Assembly (NCBI GenBank): GCA_001820175.1
Contig: MHOT01000010.1
Coordinates: 8,578 to 72,577 of the forward strand
DNA length: 64,000 nt
Direction: 5' to 3'
Source: Candidatus Staskawiczbacteria bacterium RIFCSPHIGHO2_02_FULL_42_22
Lineage (GTDB): Bacteria > Patescibacteriota > Minisyncoccia > Minisyncoccales > Staskawiczbacteraceae
Under the pieces are notes generated by a model. The model was given only the letters and a program-made list of their open reading frames with translations, was not told the DNA's origin and made no database searches. This document shows, piece by piece, positions 31,893-41,298 of this stretch (position 1 is the first letter of the stretch; each line of letters starts with the position of its first letter). The position numbers and the translations under genes were made by a program.

Positions 31893-33340
31893 GTAACTGC
31901 TCACAACCCCGAGTGAAATCACAGGCAAATATGTGGATAAAAAAACGTCATTTTCCCTCGTAAAACGTGGTAAAATGAAGCCATGCCACGAGGTAAATTA
32001 AGCAACGAAAGCAGGCTTCAAATCAGGGTTACCAGACTCCAGAATAGTGTTAGAATCCTCCAAGAAAAAGTATCAAACCTGCAACGTCAAAACAAAGTTA
32101 AGGATAGAAAAATCGAAATCCTGGAAGCATTGCTGGTCAACAAAGAAGCCCAGCGCAAGGAGTTGCTTTCGTATTTGTACAAACCAGGCAAGAAAGATGG
32201 CCCAGTCAAACCCAAAGGCAAAAAACCTGGCAGTCCCGCCCATCACCGCCCAATTCCCAAAGAAGAAGATGTCAGTGAGCGCCATGAGTACCGCCTTAAC
32301 AAATGTCCCATGTGCACCCACCCTGTTGGCGATGCGGTTGATACGGTAGTTAAGTGGGAAGAAGATATCGACTTAAAACCCCGGCCGATCATCAAAAAAC
32401 ATACCATCACTCGCCACTGGTGCGGCCACTGTGAAACATATGTGAAAGCCAAGAATATTCCCGACACCTCCCGTATCGGTATCAATGTGATGGGGTACAT
32501 TTTGTACGCAAGGTATAGGCTCCGCCTGCCACTCAACAAAATCCAAGAAAGTTTAAGGGATTTGTATAACTTCAAGATATCTGAAAATGAAATCGTCCAA
32601 AAACTCAAAGAAACCCAAACCCTGTTCGGTAAAGACTACGAAGCCATCACCATTTTAATCCAAGAGGCCACGAAGGTTTATGCCGATGAAACTGGTTGGA
32701 AGATGGAAGGAAAAAGCTGGTGGCTGTGGGTGTTTGTCACTAACCGGGGCGTCCAATACGTCATTGAAGACACGCGTGGCAAAGGCGTGGTTCAAAAAGC
32801 TTTGGGAGACAAGAAAGACCGAGTTATCATTTCTGACGGTTATGCTGCTTACCAAAACCTCCCCGGCGACAAACAGCAGTGCTGGGTGCACCTGTTGCGA
32901 AAAGCCAAACTGCATTCCTTGATGCTCTACGAAGATTTAGTGGTTTTGTACAAGAAACTACTCCTTGAATTGGAAAAACCGATACCAGAAAGACAATCTG
33001 AAAAATTACTCCAAGACTTCGACCTTCTTTTAAAAAAAGAGTATTCAGATATTGAAGTCCACCTAGTCAAACAACGAATGCAAAAACACCGGCCATTTCT
33101 TTTCACGTGCTTAAAGTACGAAGGAGTTTTGCCCGAAAACAATACAGCTGAACGTGCTATTCGATTGCAGGTGGTCATGCGAAAAATCTTTGGGAGCTCA
33201 CGTTCGCTGGCAGGCGTGCAAGCACATCAAGTCAATTCTTCGGTCGTTGAAACTCTGCGCCGCCAGAATCCAGACGCTTCTTTTTTCGATGTAGTCCTGC
33301 CCTTGCTTCAGAAACGTCGCTCGGGGTTGTGAGCAGTTAC
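31893..33340 (+). mobile_element. IS66-family insertion sequence (single-ORF type) with 8-bp target-site duplication
   Basis: IRL gtaactgctcacaaccccgag / IRR ctcggggttgtgagcagttac; gctcggcg at 31885-31892 and 33341-33348. Confidence 0.85.
31983..33332 (+). CDS. IS66-family DDE transposase
   Basis: Zn-finger CPMC...CGHC, YADETGW, ISDGYAAY, QQCWVHLLR, NNTAERAIR. Confidence 0.85.
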   Translation: MPRGKLSNESRLQIRVTRLQNSVRILQEKVSNLQRQNKVKDRKIEILEALLVNKEAQRKELLSYLYKPGKKDGPVKPKGKKPGSPAHHRPIPKEEDVSERHEYRLNKCPMCTHPVGDAVDTVVKWEEDIDLKPRPIIKKHTITRHWCGHCETYVKAKNIPDTSRIGINVMGYILYARYRLRLPLNKIQESLRDLYNFKISENEIVQKLKETQTLFGKDYEAITILIQEATKVYADETGWKMEGKSWWLWVFVTNRGVQYVIEDTRGKGVVQKALGDKKDRVIISDGYAAYQNLPGDKQQCWVHLLRKAKLHSLMLYEDLVVLYKKLLLELEKPIPERQSEKLLQDFDLLLKKEYSDIEVHLVKQRMQKHRPFLFTCLKYEGVLPENNTAERAIRLQVVMRKIFGSSRSLAGVQAHQVNSSVVETLRRQNPDASFFDVVLPLLQKRRSGL

Positions 33341-33365
33341 GCTCGGCGGTAACTGCTCACTGGCC

Positions 33366-33550
33366 AAATCGTCATTGCGGGGTGCACCGAAGCAGGGTAC
33401 AATACTGCACCCTGCGAAGCCAGGCATAGTATTGTGCCTGGCGAAGCAATCCCATCGTCACTCTTGTTTAGATTGCCGCGTCGTCCACGATTGCGATCGG
33501 GACTCCTCGCAATGACGGCCGGAAGGCGCACGAGGTGTGAGGGGTTACGC
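33366..33550. repeat. GTCATTGCGAG repeat, copy R4
   Basis: cgtcattgcgggg...cgaagcaatc...ctcctcgcaatgacgg. Confidence 0.75.
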
Positions 33551-33814
33551 TCGGCGGACGTTATCTTATTGAATTGTTTTCCACATAAATACTTTTCTTA
33601 TTGTAAAGGGTATGTGGTACAATTAATAAAAGTGGCGATCCGAATAATCCGAATTTGCATCCGAATGTTCCGAATACGTCGTTACGTTATTAGGATCATT
33701 CGGATGATATTCGTCCCGATGTCCCGACTTCGGTCGCGGACATACGGGATCCCGTATAAATTTAATGAAATTAAATTTATCGGGATAAATTAGGATCGCC
33801 CTCGCGAAGCGACT

Positions 33815-35569
33815 ATGAAGGTTGACCCTGACAAATTATTAAAATTTATTTTGGAAGCGGGCCTCATTACCGAAAAGCAGTTTGCCGATGTCCTGGCAAA
33901 GAGCAAAAAGTCCAACCAAGAAGTGGCAGACATCTTGGTTTCTGACAAATTAATTACCCAAAAAGAACTGATAAAAATAGAGGCCTATATTTTGGGAATT
34001 CCTTTTATCAATTTGGAAGGCGAAGTCATCGCCCCCGCTATTTTAAAAATTATTCCCGAATCCATTGCCCGGGCCCACAACATTGTGGCGTTTCGAAAAA
34101 ATGACAACAACTTGGAAGTGGCCATGGTAGACCCCGAGGATTTACGCACCATTGCCTTTATTGAAAAAACCATGCCGTCGATAAAAATTCTGCCCCGATT
34201 AACTACTCCAGAAAGCATTAAAAATGTCTTGGGCCAGTACCAAAAAACCCTGGAAACGGAATTTAAAGATATTATCCAGTCAAGCGACCAAACGGAAATT
34301 AAGCACATTAAGGAGGGGGACCTATACGAGGGGAAAGAAGAAATAAAAAAAGCGGCTGAAGATGTGCCAATTATAAAAATTGTCGATACCCTACTCAAGC
34401 ACGCTATTTTGCAAGATACCTCCGATATCCATATTGAGCCGCTCGAAAAAGAAGTAATCGTGCGTTACCGGGTTGACGGCATTTTGCACGATGTGATGAC
34501 TTTGCCCATTTCCACGGCGCTTGGCATTGTGGCCCGCATCAAAGTGCTTTCCAATTTAAAGCTCGACGAACATCGCCTACCCCAAGACGGCCGTTTTAAA
34601 ATTGAAACTAATGAATTTAAATATTCAGTGAGGGTTTCGGTATTGCCGGTGTTTAATGGTGAAAAAATTGTGATGCGGCTCTTGGCTGAAAACACCAAGT
34701 CCGCCTCGTTGGATAAATTGGGTTTTTCAGGGAAGGTATTAAAACAAATTCAGGATAACTTACAAAAATCCTCAGGTATGATATTGATTACCGGTCCTAC
34801 GGGGTCGGGAAAAACCACTACCTTGTATGCCATGATGGAAATTCTTAATACCCCCGAGGTGAATATTTCCACCGTAGAAGACCCCATTGAATACCGAATG
34901 CCTCGGGTTAATCAAACCCAGGTCAATGCCCAGATTGGCTTGACGTTTGCGGCGGGACTGCGTGTTTTGGTGCGGCAAGACCCGGATATTATCATGGTGG
35001 GAGAAATCAGAGACGATGAAACCGCGGGCCTGGCCATTAACGCCGCGCTGACCGGGCACCTGGTGCTTTCTACCCTGCACACCACTGAAGCGGCGGGTGC
35101 CATTCCGCGCCTGATTGACATGAAAGCTGAGCCATTTTTAATTTCCTCAACCGTGGATTTAATTATTGCCCAGCGACTGGTACGGAAATTCGCCGGTGAA
35201 AAAGAAAAATATACATTAAATGCTTCTGAATTAGCCAATGTGCAAAAATATTGCAACCTGGAAAAGATTTTGAAAATTTTAAAAGAGGATAAAATAGTAA
35301 AACCAAAGGCGGCCGTAAAAGACATTGAATTTTATCGGCCCAAGCCGGGAAAGGATTCAAGCGATGGATACAAAGGGCGGCTGGGGATTGTGGAGGTTTT
35401 GAGGGTGAGTGAGCCCATTCGCGAATTAATTATAAAAAGATCCAGCACCCGCGAAATTGCCAATCAGGCCATACAAGAGGGCATGCGTACCATGGTGGAA
35501 GACGGATTTGTTAAAGCGGCGCTGGGACTGACATCGATTGAGGAAATCTTGAGAGTGATCACCGAATAA
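33815..35569 (+). CDS. pilB: Type IV pilus assembly ATPase PilB/GspE
   Basis: Walker A GPTGSGKTTT, Asp box, His box, Walker B IIMVGEIRD. Confidence 0.9.
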   Translation: MKVDPDKLLKFILEAGLITEKQFADVLAKSKKSNQEVADILVSDKLITQKELIKIEAYILGIPFINLEGEVIAPAILKIIPESIARAHNIVAFRKNDNNLEVAMVDPEDLRTIAFIEKTMPSIKILPRLTTPESIKNVLGQYQKTLETEFKDIIQSSDQTEIKHIKEGDLYEGKEEIKKAAEDVPIIKIVDTLLKHAILQDTSDIHIEPLEKEVIVRYRVDGILHDVMTLPISTALGIVARIKVLSNLKLDEHRLPQDGRFKIETNEFKYSVRVSVLPVFNGEKIVMRLLAENTKSASLDKLGFSGKVLKQIQDNLQKSSGMILITGPTGSGKTTTLYAMMEILNTPEVNISTVEDPIEYRMPRVNQTQVNAQIGLTFAAGLRVLVRQDPDIIMVGEIRDDETAGLAINAALTGHLVLSTLHTTEAAGAIPRLIDMKAEPFLISSTVDLIIAQRLVRKFAGEKEKYTLNASELANVQKYCNLEKILKILKEDKIVKPKAAVKDIEFYRPKPGKDSSDGYKGRLGIVEVLRVSEPIRELIIKRSSTREIANQAIQEGMRTMVEDGFVKAALGLTSIEEILRVITE

Positions 35570-35570
35570 A

Positions 35571-35643
35571 ACATTTGACAATTGACATTTGACAATTGAC
35601 CAGCGTTTCGTTGGTCAAATGTCAATGGTTAATGGTCAATGGT
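35571..35643. repeat. Word-stutter hairpin (TTGACA/ATTGAC words)
   Basis: acatttgacaattgacatttgacaattgaccagcgtttcgttggtcaaatgtcaatggttaatggtcaatgg. Confidence 0.8.
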
Positions 35644-35651
35644 AGTTTAAC

Positions 35652-36866
35652 GTGCCCAACTATTTTTACACCGCCAAATCATTTGACGGCCAAACCAAAA
35701 CCGGAACCCTATTTGCCAACGATATTATGCAGCTTGCCAAGGCCTTAAAAGCCGAAAATATGCTGCTGATTAAGGCAATTTCTTCTGACCAAAAAAAGAA
35801 GGGGTCTTGGAATATGCTAATCCCCTCGTTTGGCGTAAGCACCAAGGAAAAAATCATGATGACAAGGAATTTATGGATCATGTTTTCAGCGGGACTGTCT
35901 TTGGTAAAAATTTTCGACATTTTATCGGCTCAAACAAAAAACACCAAGTTAAAAAATATTATGCTCAATGTGAATGTTATGCTTAATAAAGGGGAATCGT
36001 TTTCTGACGCTTTGGCAAGGTATCCCAAGGTCTTCAATGACTTTTTTTTAAGCATGGTAAAGATTGGGGAAGAATCAGGAACGCTTGAGGCAACATTTGA
36101 AATATTGTCCAACCACATGGACCGCGACTGGGAACTAAAATCGAAAATACGGGGGGCGCTCATTTATCCTTGCATCATTTTAATTGTCATGGGCGGAATT
36201 GGCATTGTGGTCTCAACTTTCGTGTTGCCGAAATTTTCTTCTTTTTTACTGGGCATGAATATCCCCCTGCCTCTTTACACTAGAATTTTAATTGGCCTTG
36301 GCACCTATTCACAGCGGTATTGGTATTTGTCGCTGGTGATTCCCGTGGTTTTGGCATACGCCTTTTTTATGGCCATGAAGACCCGGACGGGGCGATTGAC
36401 CCGGGATACCATACTCTTGCGCGTACCACTGCTTTCTTCTTTTATTAAAAAGTCCAACGCTACAATCATTATAAGATCCTTAAGTTCATTGAATAGTTCT
36501 GGCATTTCTTTGGTGCGGTCATTGGAAATTACGGGTGCTACGGCACCAAACATTTACTTTAAAAATGCCCTCAATAATGCCATAGAAAAAGTAAAAAAGG
36601 GAGAAAAATTATCCAATGCGTTAAAACCCTACGCAAAAATTTTTCCTTTTGGGGCGATTGATATGATGGAGGTGGGTGAAGAAACGGGAAAAACGTCACT
36701 GGTATTAAAAAAACTGGCTGAATTTTATGAGCAAGAAGTGATTGAAGAGACCAAGAATTTTTCTGTTATCATTGAGCCGCTCTTGTTGATTTTTCTGGGG
36801 CTCGTAGTGGCCTTCTTTGCCATTTCAATTATTGAACCGATGTATTCGTCATTAAAAAGCATTTGA
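35652..36866 (+). CDS. pilC: Type IV pilus platform protein PilC/GspF
   Basis: Two T2SS-F repeats, 3 TM segments, GTG start. Confidence 0.85.
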   Translation: MPNYFYTAKSFDGQTKTGTLFANDIMQLAKALKAENMLLIKAISSDQKKKGSWNMLIPSFGVSTKEKIMMTRNLWIMFSAGLSLVKIFDILSAQTKNTKLKNIMLNVNVMLNKGESFSDALARYPKVFNDFFLSMVKIGEESGTLEATFEILSNHMDRDWELKSKIRGALIYPCIILIVMGGIGIVVSTFVLPKFSSFLLGMNIPLPLYTRILIGLGTYSQRYWYLSLVIPVVLAYAFFMAMKTRTGRLTRDTILLRVPLLSSFIKKSNATIIIRSLSSLNSSGISLVRSLEITGATAPNIYFKNALNNAIEKVKKGEKLSNALKPYAKIFPFGAIDMMEVGEETGKTSLVLKKLAEFYEQEVIEETKNFSVIIEPLLLIFLGLVVAFFAISIIEPMYSSLKSI

Positions 36867-36935
36867 CCATTGACATTTGACTTTTGACTGACGAAAACGA
36901 GCAGCATTTGATAATTGACATTTGGCTTATGGCTT

Positions 36936-37310
36936 ATGAAAAAATTTAGATTCCGACAATTTCAAATCTATAAAGATGCCCTACAATTTCAAAAAGAATT
37001 AAAGAATTTGAGCCGGGAAAAATTTCCAAGGGAGGAGCAATTTTGTTTAACTTCTCAATTATGGCGCGCATTAGATTCTATTATTTTAAATATCGCGGAG
37101 GGCGCCGATAGAGGAACCGATAAAGACTTTGCGCATTTTTTAAATATTTCACATACCTCGCTAAATGAAGTTGTGGCTTGTTTGGACTTAGCAGTGAGTA
37201 ACAGTTATATTCCCGAAAATGAAAATAATATCTTCTTAATAAGAGCAGAGAATCTGGCAAATCAAATTACCGCCTTTAGAAGAAAATTATTAAAAGAACC
37301 CACTAAATAG
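36936..37310 (+). CDS. Four-helix-bundle protein (23S rRNA intervening-sequence protein family)
   Basis: F.IYKDAL.F......L.....FP.EE...LTSQL.RA..SI.LNIAEG...GTDKDF..FL.IS..SL.E. Confidence 0.75.
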   Translation: MKKFRFRQFQIYKDALQFQKELKNLSREKFPREEQFCLTSQLWRALDSIILNIAEGADRGTDKDFAHFLNISHTSLNEVVACLDLAVSNSYIPENENNIFLIRAENLANQITAFRRKLLKEPTK

Positions 37311-37358
37311 AAGATAACAATTGACGTTTAACTATTAACAGGTGACTAAAAAACATCT

Positions 37359-38276
37359 GTGAATAGTCAAAGGTCGATTGTCAAAGGTCAAATGTCAAAT
37401 GTCAAATGTTCCATGTTTTATGCGTCTGGTTTTACCTTACTTGAGTTAATGATTGTCTTAACTATTTTAGTCACGGTGGGGGCCGTTGTTATTCCTTCCG
37501 TCGCGCTGCTGCAAAAAAACCCAAAACTGACCAATACGGCCGAGGAGGTCATTGGCGCACTAACAACGGCTCAAAATAAAACCGTATCATCGGAGGGAAA
37601 TAGCCAATACGGTGTTTTCATTAAAACCACGGCCTCTCCTCACCAATATATTTTATTTAAGGGAGCAAGCTATGCTTCACGCGAGACCTCTTTTGATCAA
37701 CCGTTTTCTATTCCTGCCACAGTTGAATTTTATACGATTGACGGAGGAGTCGGGGAGGTGGTATTTGATAAATTAACTGGCGCTACTGCCAATGTTGGAA
37801 ATATTTCTTTACGCTTAAAGGATGCGCCCGCTCAAACCAAAATTATTTACATAAGCGAAGCAGGGACGACAAGTTATACGGCGCCTTCAATTCCCTTGGA
37901 TACCCGCACCAAGGATTCCCGCCATGTGGATTTTAATTATAGTCGAACTATCAATACTGTTACTGAAAATATCGTCCTAACATTCAATGGTAATTTTGTG
38001 CAAACTATTCCTGTGAATGATAACATAAACGATGGTCAGATTGACTGGCAAGGGACTTTTAATATTGGTGGACAAAACCAAACGGTGGTAATTCATACCT
38101 TAAGATTAAACAATCCCGACACCCGTTTTTCGGTATTTCGAGATCGAAGATTGAACACCAAAACCCTTGCTATAACCCTTTCTGGCGATGCAACAGGCAC
38201 TTTGGCAGAATATTCGGCCGATGGTTTAACCACCAGCTTCGATTCCATTTACGTTGATAATTTTGAGTGGCAATAA
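37359..38276 (+). CDS. Prepilin-type N-terminal domain protein (pilin-like 1)
   Basis: G|FTLLELMIVLTILVTVGAVV class III signal; real start probably an ATG in the word repeat (MSNVKCSMFYASG). Confidence 0.75.
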   Translation: MNSQRSIVKGQMSNVKCSMFYASGFTLLELMIVLTILVTVGAVVIPSVALLQKNPKLTNTAEEVIGALTTAQNKTVSSEGNSQYGVFIKTTASPHQYILFKGASYASRETSFDQPFSIPATVEFYTIDGGVGEVVFDKLTGATANVGNISLRLKDAPAQTKIIYISEAGTTSYTAPSIPLDTRTKDSRHVDFNYSRTINTVTENIVLTFNGNFVQTIPVNDNINDGQIDWQGTFNIGGQNQTVVIHTLRLNNPDTRFSVFRDRRLNTKTLAITLSGDATGTLAEYSADGLTTSFDSIYVDNFEWQ

Positions 38277-38290
38277 CACCATTTTTACTA

Positions 38291-38454
38291 AAGACCTACT
38301 GCGTAAAGGTTTTCGTAGCGAGCCGCGCATATTTTGTAGCGAGAAAAGCAAAGCGCGAAGAGGCATATTGAACTTAAATCTGTCGATGAGCGATTGGCTT
38401 TTCGCAGCCAAAATATGCGCGGCGCAGTAGAAAAATCTTTACGCAGTAGGTCTT
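38291..38454. mobile_element. MITE, TAGACCT family (B2), inverted copy of 19175-19337
   Basis: aagacctactgcgtaaag...ctttacgcagtaggtct, begins 15 nt after the pilin stop. Confidence 0.85.
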
Positions 38455-38553
38455 AAGTAAAAATGAAATTTCAAATTTCTAATTTCTAATTTCTAATAAT
38501 AAGGTGTCGAAATTTTCACAAAGGAAAATTTCGACGGATTTAATCATTTCAAA

Positions 38554-39069
38554 TTGATTTCAAATTTCAAATTTCAAATTACAAATTCCAGCAGAGGGTC
38601 TATTCTTTTGGAGGCGTTCATTGCCGTGATGGTCATCGGTATTGTTTTTGCGCTGCTGCTGGATGTCGCCGCCCTGTCACTTAAAACATCCACATTTGTG
38701 CGCCAGAGCAGCCAGGCCAATTTTATGGCCAAGGAGTCCATGGAAACCGTGCGGAGCTTTCGAGATGGAACAACTTGGGCCTCAAATGGTCTTGGAACTT
38801 TAAACACCGGAGCTGCCAATCCGTACTATTTTATCCTTAACACTGGGACAAACCCCGCAACCTGGACATTATCATCCGGAACAGAAACCGTAGGAATTTT
38901 TACCCGGAACATTGTTTTTGACAAAGTGTCGCGCGATCCTACCACTCAACACATTGAAAGCATCTATAATGCTTCTCATGATGACCCTAATACCCGGAGG
39001 GCTACCGTTACCGTCAGTTTTTTGTCAAAAACACTGACGTTAGTTAGCTATTTTACTAATTGGAAATAA
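38554..39069 (+). CDS. Pilin-like protein 2
   Basis: RG|SILLEAFIAVMVIGIVFALLL hydrophobic N-terminal helix with Glu5. Confidence 0.6.
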   Translation: MISNFKFQITNSSRGSILLEAFIAVMVIGIVFALLLDVAALSLKTSTFVRQSSQANFMAKESMETVRSFRDGTTWASNGLGTLNTGAANPYYFILNTGTNPATWTLSSGTETVGIFTRNIVFDKVSRDPTTQHIESIYNASHDDPNTRRATVTVSFLSKTLTLVSYFTNWK

Positions 39070-39070
39070 C

Positions 39071-39197
39071 AAAATAACCATTAACAATTAACATTTGACA
39101 ATTAACCATTAACCGAAAGCGAAGTCGGTGTTAAAGGTCAAATGTCAATGGTTAAATGTTTTAATGGTCAATGGTCAAATGTCAAAGGTTAAATGTT
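39071..39197. repeat. Word-stutter hairpin (TTAAC/TTGAC words)
   Basis: Left arm aaccattaacaattaacatttgacaattaaccattaacc; right arm ggtcaaatgtcaatggttaaatgttttaatggtcaatggtcaaatgtcaaaggttaaatg. Confidence 0.8.
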
Positions 39198-39697
39198 CAC
39201 AAAGCGGGTTTACCTTGCTGGAAATAATTATTTACTTTGCCGTTGTTTCATTGGTACTACTATTAACTAGTTCTTTTATCTTTTACTTTATGCGGGCCGA
39301 CTACCAAACTCAGGGCAATCGGGAAGTGCTGGACAACGCCAGGCGGGCCTTGGAGATAATATCCTTTGAAGTCAACGGCGCCACCGGCATTTATACCCCC
39401 ACTACCGCCGCCACCCAGCTTTCCCTGGAAACACCCCGCTATTTGCCCCAAGGAGAAACCACTACATACATTGATTTTTTTGTATGTGGCACACGCCTTT
39501 GTTTAAAAAAAGAGTCACAAAGTCCCATATTTTTAACTTCAGATACCGTCCAGGTCAACAGCATTGCCTTTACCCAAATTTCTATTAATGGCGCCATGTC
39601 AATTAGAACAAACCTTGCCCTTCAATACAAAAATACCCTCGGCGCTCTTCAACCAGCAGTAACGTTGTATTCGACGGCCTCGTTAAGAAAATATTAA
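39128..39697 (+). CDS. Prepilin-type N-terminal domain protein (pilin-like 3)
   Basis: MSKVKCSQSG|FTLLEIIIYFAVVSLVLLL. Confidence 0.7.
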   Translation: MLKVKCQWLNVLMVNGQMSKVKCSQSGFTLLEIIIYFAVVSLVLLLTSSFIFYFMRADYQTQGNREVLDNARRALEIISFEVNGATGIYTPTTAATQLSLETPRYLPQGETTTYIDFFVCGTRLCLKKESQSPIFLTSDTVQVNSIAFTQISINGAMSIRTNLALQYKNTLGALQPAVTLYSTASLRKY

Positions 39698-39698
39698 A

Positions 39699-39900
39699 TA
39701 GACCTGTTGCGTATTAAGGATTGTCGCGAAAATTGAAGATTTTGGATCAGAAATTTGATAGAATTTTTCGGCTTGCCTCCAGGCCCGGAGATGGGGAAAT
39801 TTGTTGCTACAAATTTACCCACATCTTGACCGAAAAATTATTGAAAATTTCTGGCCAAAAGATGCAATTTGCAGCAAATCCTTAATACGCAACGGGTCTA
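39699..39900. mobile_element. MITE, TAGACCT family (A4); inverted relative to A3 and lacking its nested module
   Basis: tagacctgttgcgtattaagg...ccttaatacgcaacgggtcta; starts 2 nt after the pilin stop. Confidence 0.8.
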
Positions 39901-39998
39901 ATATAGGACTTGCGCGCTTGCGCCGCTCCTTGAGATTGCTTCGCTGCGGCTCGCAATGACGCAAATACGCAAACCCCAAAATCGTAACATCGTGAATT

Positions 39999-41249
39999 AT
40001 GTTCAACAACACACTAAAAAATCAGCGAGGGTTTATTGCTTCTATTACCACCTTATTGGTTTTGATATTTATATTAAGCATTGCCACAAGTATGAGCGTA
40101 TTGGTGTTTGGCCGCCAACGAATTTCCACCAATACCGTAAACTCCACCCAGTCATATTACACCGCCGAGGCGGGTGTCGAGGATTCACTGTTGCGGCTAA
40201 AAAACAATCCCCAAATGTCCCCCTTGTCGTATAGTTTAACCATTAATAATTCGACGGCCAATGTGGTTATTCCCGCTATTGTGGGGGGGTCCCGAACCAT
40301 TTCTTCTCTGGGGAGCAAGATTGGCCTCACTAAAAAAACCGAGGTGGTGTATACCCTAGATAGCGAAGGCGTTTCTTTCTTTTACGGTGCTCAAATAGGC
40401 GAAGGAGGGTTGCAAATGTCCAATAGCAGCCGGATCAATGGCAGCGTATTTTCTAATGGCAACGTTGCGGGCTCGGGAAGCGCAACCATTGAAAATGATG
40501 TCATTGTTGCCGGTAATGGACACACCTTAAGCGGCATGCGCGTAAAAGGAAATGCCACGGTATACAGTTGCCTTAATTCTACGATTGACGGCAATTTAAC
40601 GTATGTCAGCGGAGGAACCAATACCTGTACCGTAGGTGGCAGCATTGTGGTGCAAAGCGATGAAATTGAGTCGCAGCCCATGCCGATTTCCCAGAGCCAA
40701 ATCACCGAATGGAAAAACGATGCCCTTGCCGGCGGCACCATGGGAAACGTCACCCTTTCAGGGAGCCAAACCATGTCGTTGGGCCCTAAAAAAATTAACG
40801 GCAATTTATCTATTAGCAATAGCGCGGTACTCACCTTGACGGGAACTGTGCATGTTACCGGTAACATTACCATAAGCAATAGCGCAAAAATAAAGTTAGC
40901 CAGTTCCTATGGCTCTTTGAGCGGGGTTATTATTGCCGATGGAACTATTTCCCCCAGTAACTCTTCTGCATTGCAAGGGTCCGGCCAAACCGGAAGCTAC
41001 CTATTAGTGCTTTCCACCAATACATCGAATTCAGCCATTGCGGTGGGCAATAGTGCTTCGGGAGCCATTTTTTACACCTCCGCCGGAGGCATTAGCGTAT
41101 CTAACAGTTTCAGCGCCCGCGAAGTAACGGGTTATAAATTAATTATGAGCAACAGCGCTACCATTACCTACGAAAGCGGACTAGCAAATGTCTTTTTCTC
41201 TAGTGGACCGACTGGCGGTTGGAAGGTCACTGATTGGCAGGAAAAGTGA
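39999..41249 (+). CDS. PilX-like minor pilin / pilus tip-associated protein
   Basis: QRGFIASITTLLVLIFILSIA N-terminus, YYTAEAGVEDSL, Gly/Ser/Asn-rich beta-helix-like C-terminus. Confidence 0.55.
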   Translation: MFNNTLKNQRGFIASITTLLVLIFILSIATSMSVLVFGRQRISTNTVNSTQSYYTAEAGVEDSLLRLKNNPQMSPLSYSLTINNSTANVVIPAIVGGSRTISSLGSKIGLTKKTEVVYTLDSEGVSFFYGAQIGEGGLQMSNSSRINGSVFSNGNVAGSGSATIENDVIVAGNGHTLSGMRVKGNATVYSCLNSTIDGNLTYVSGGTNTCTVGGSIVVQSDEIESQPMPISQSQITEWKNDALAGGTMGNVTLSGSQTMSLGPKKINGNLSISNSAVLTLTGTVHVTGNITISNSAKIKLASSYGSLSGVIIADGTISPSNSSALQGSGQTGSYLLVLSTNTSNSAIAVGNSASGAIFYTSAGGISVSNSFSAREVTGYKLIMSNSATITYESGLANVFFSSGPTGGWKVTDWQEK

Positions 41250-41298
41250 CATTCCCCGGATTTCTTTATCAAGTATTTTAATGGTACAATAAAAAGAA

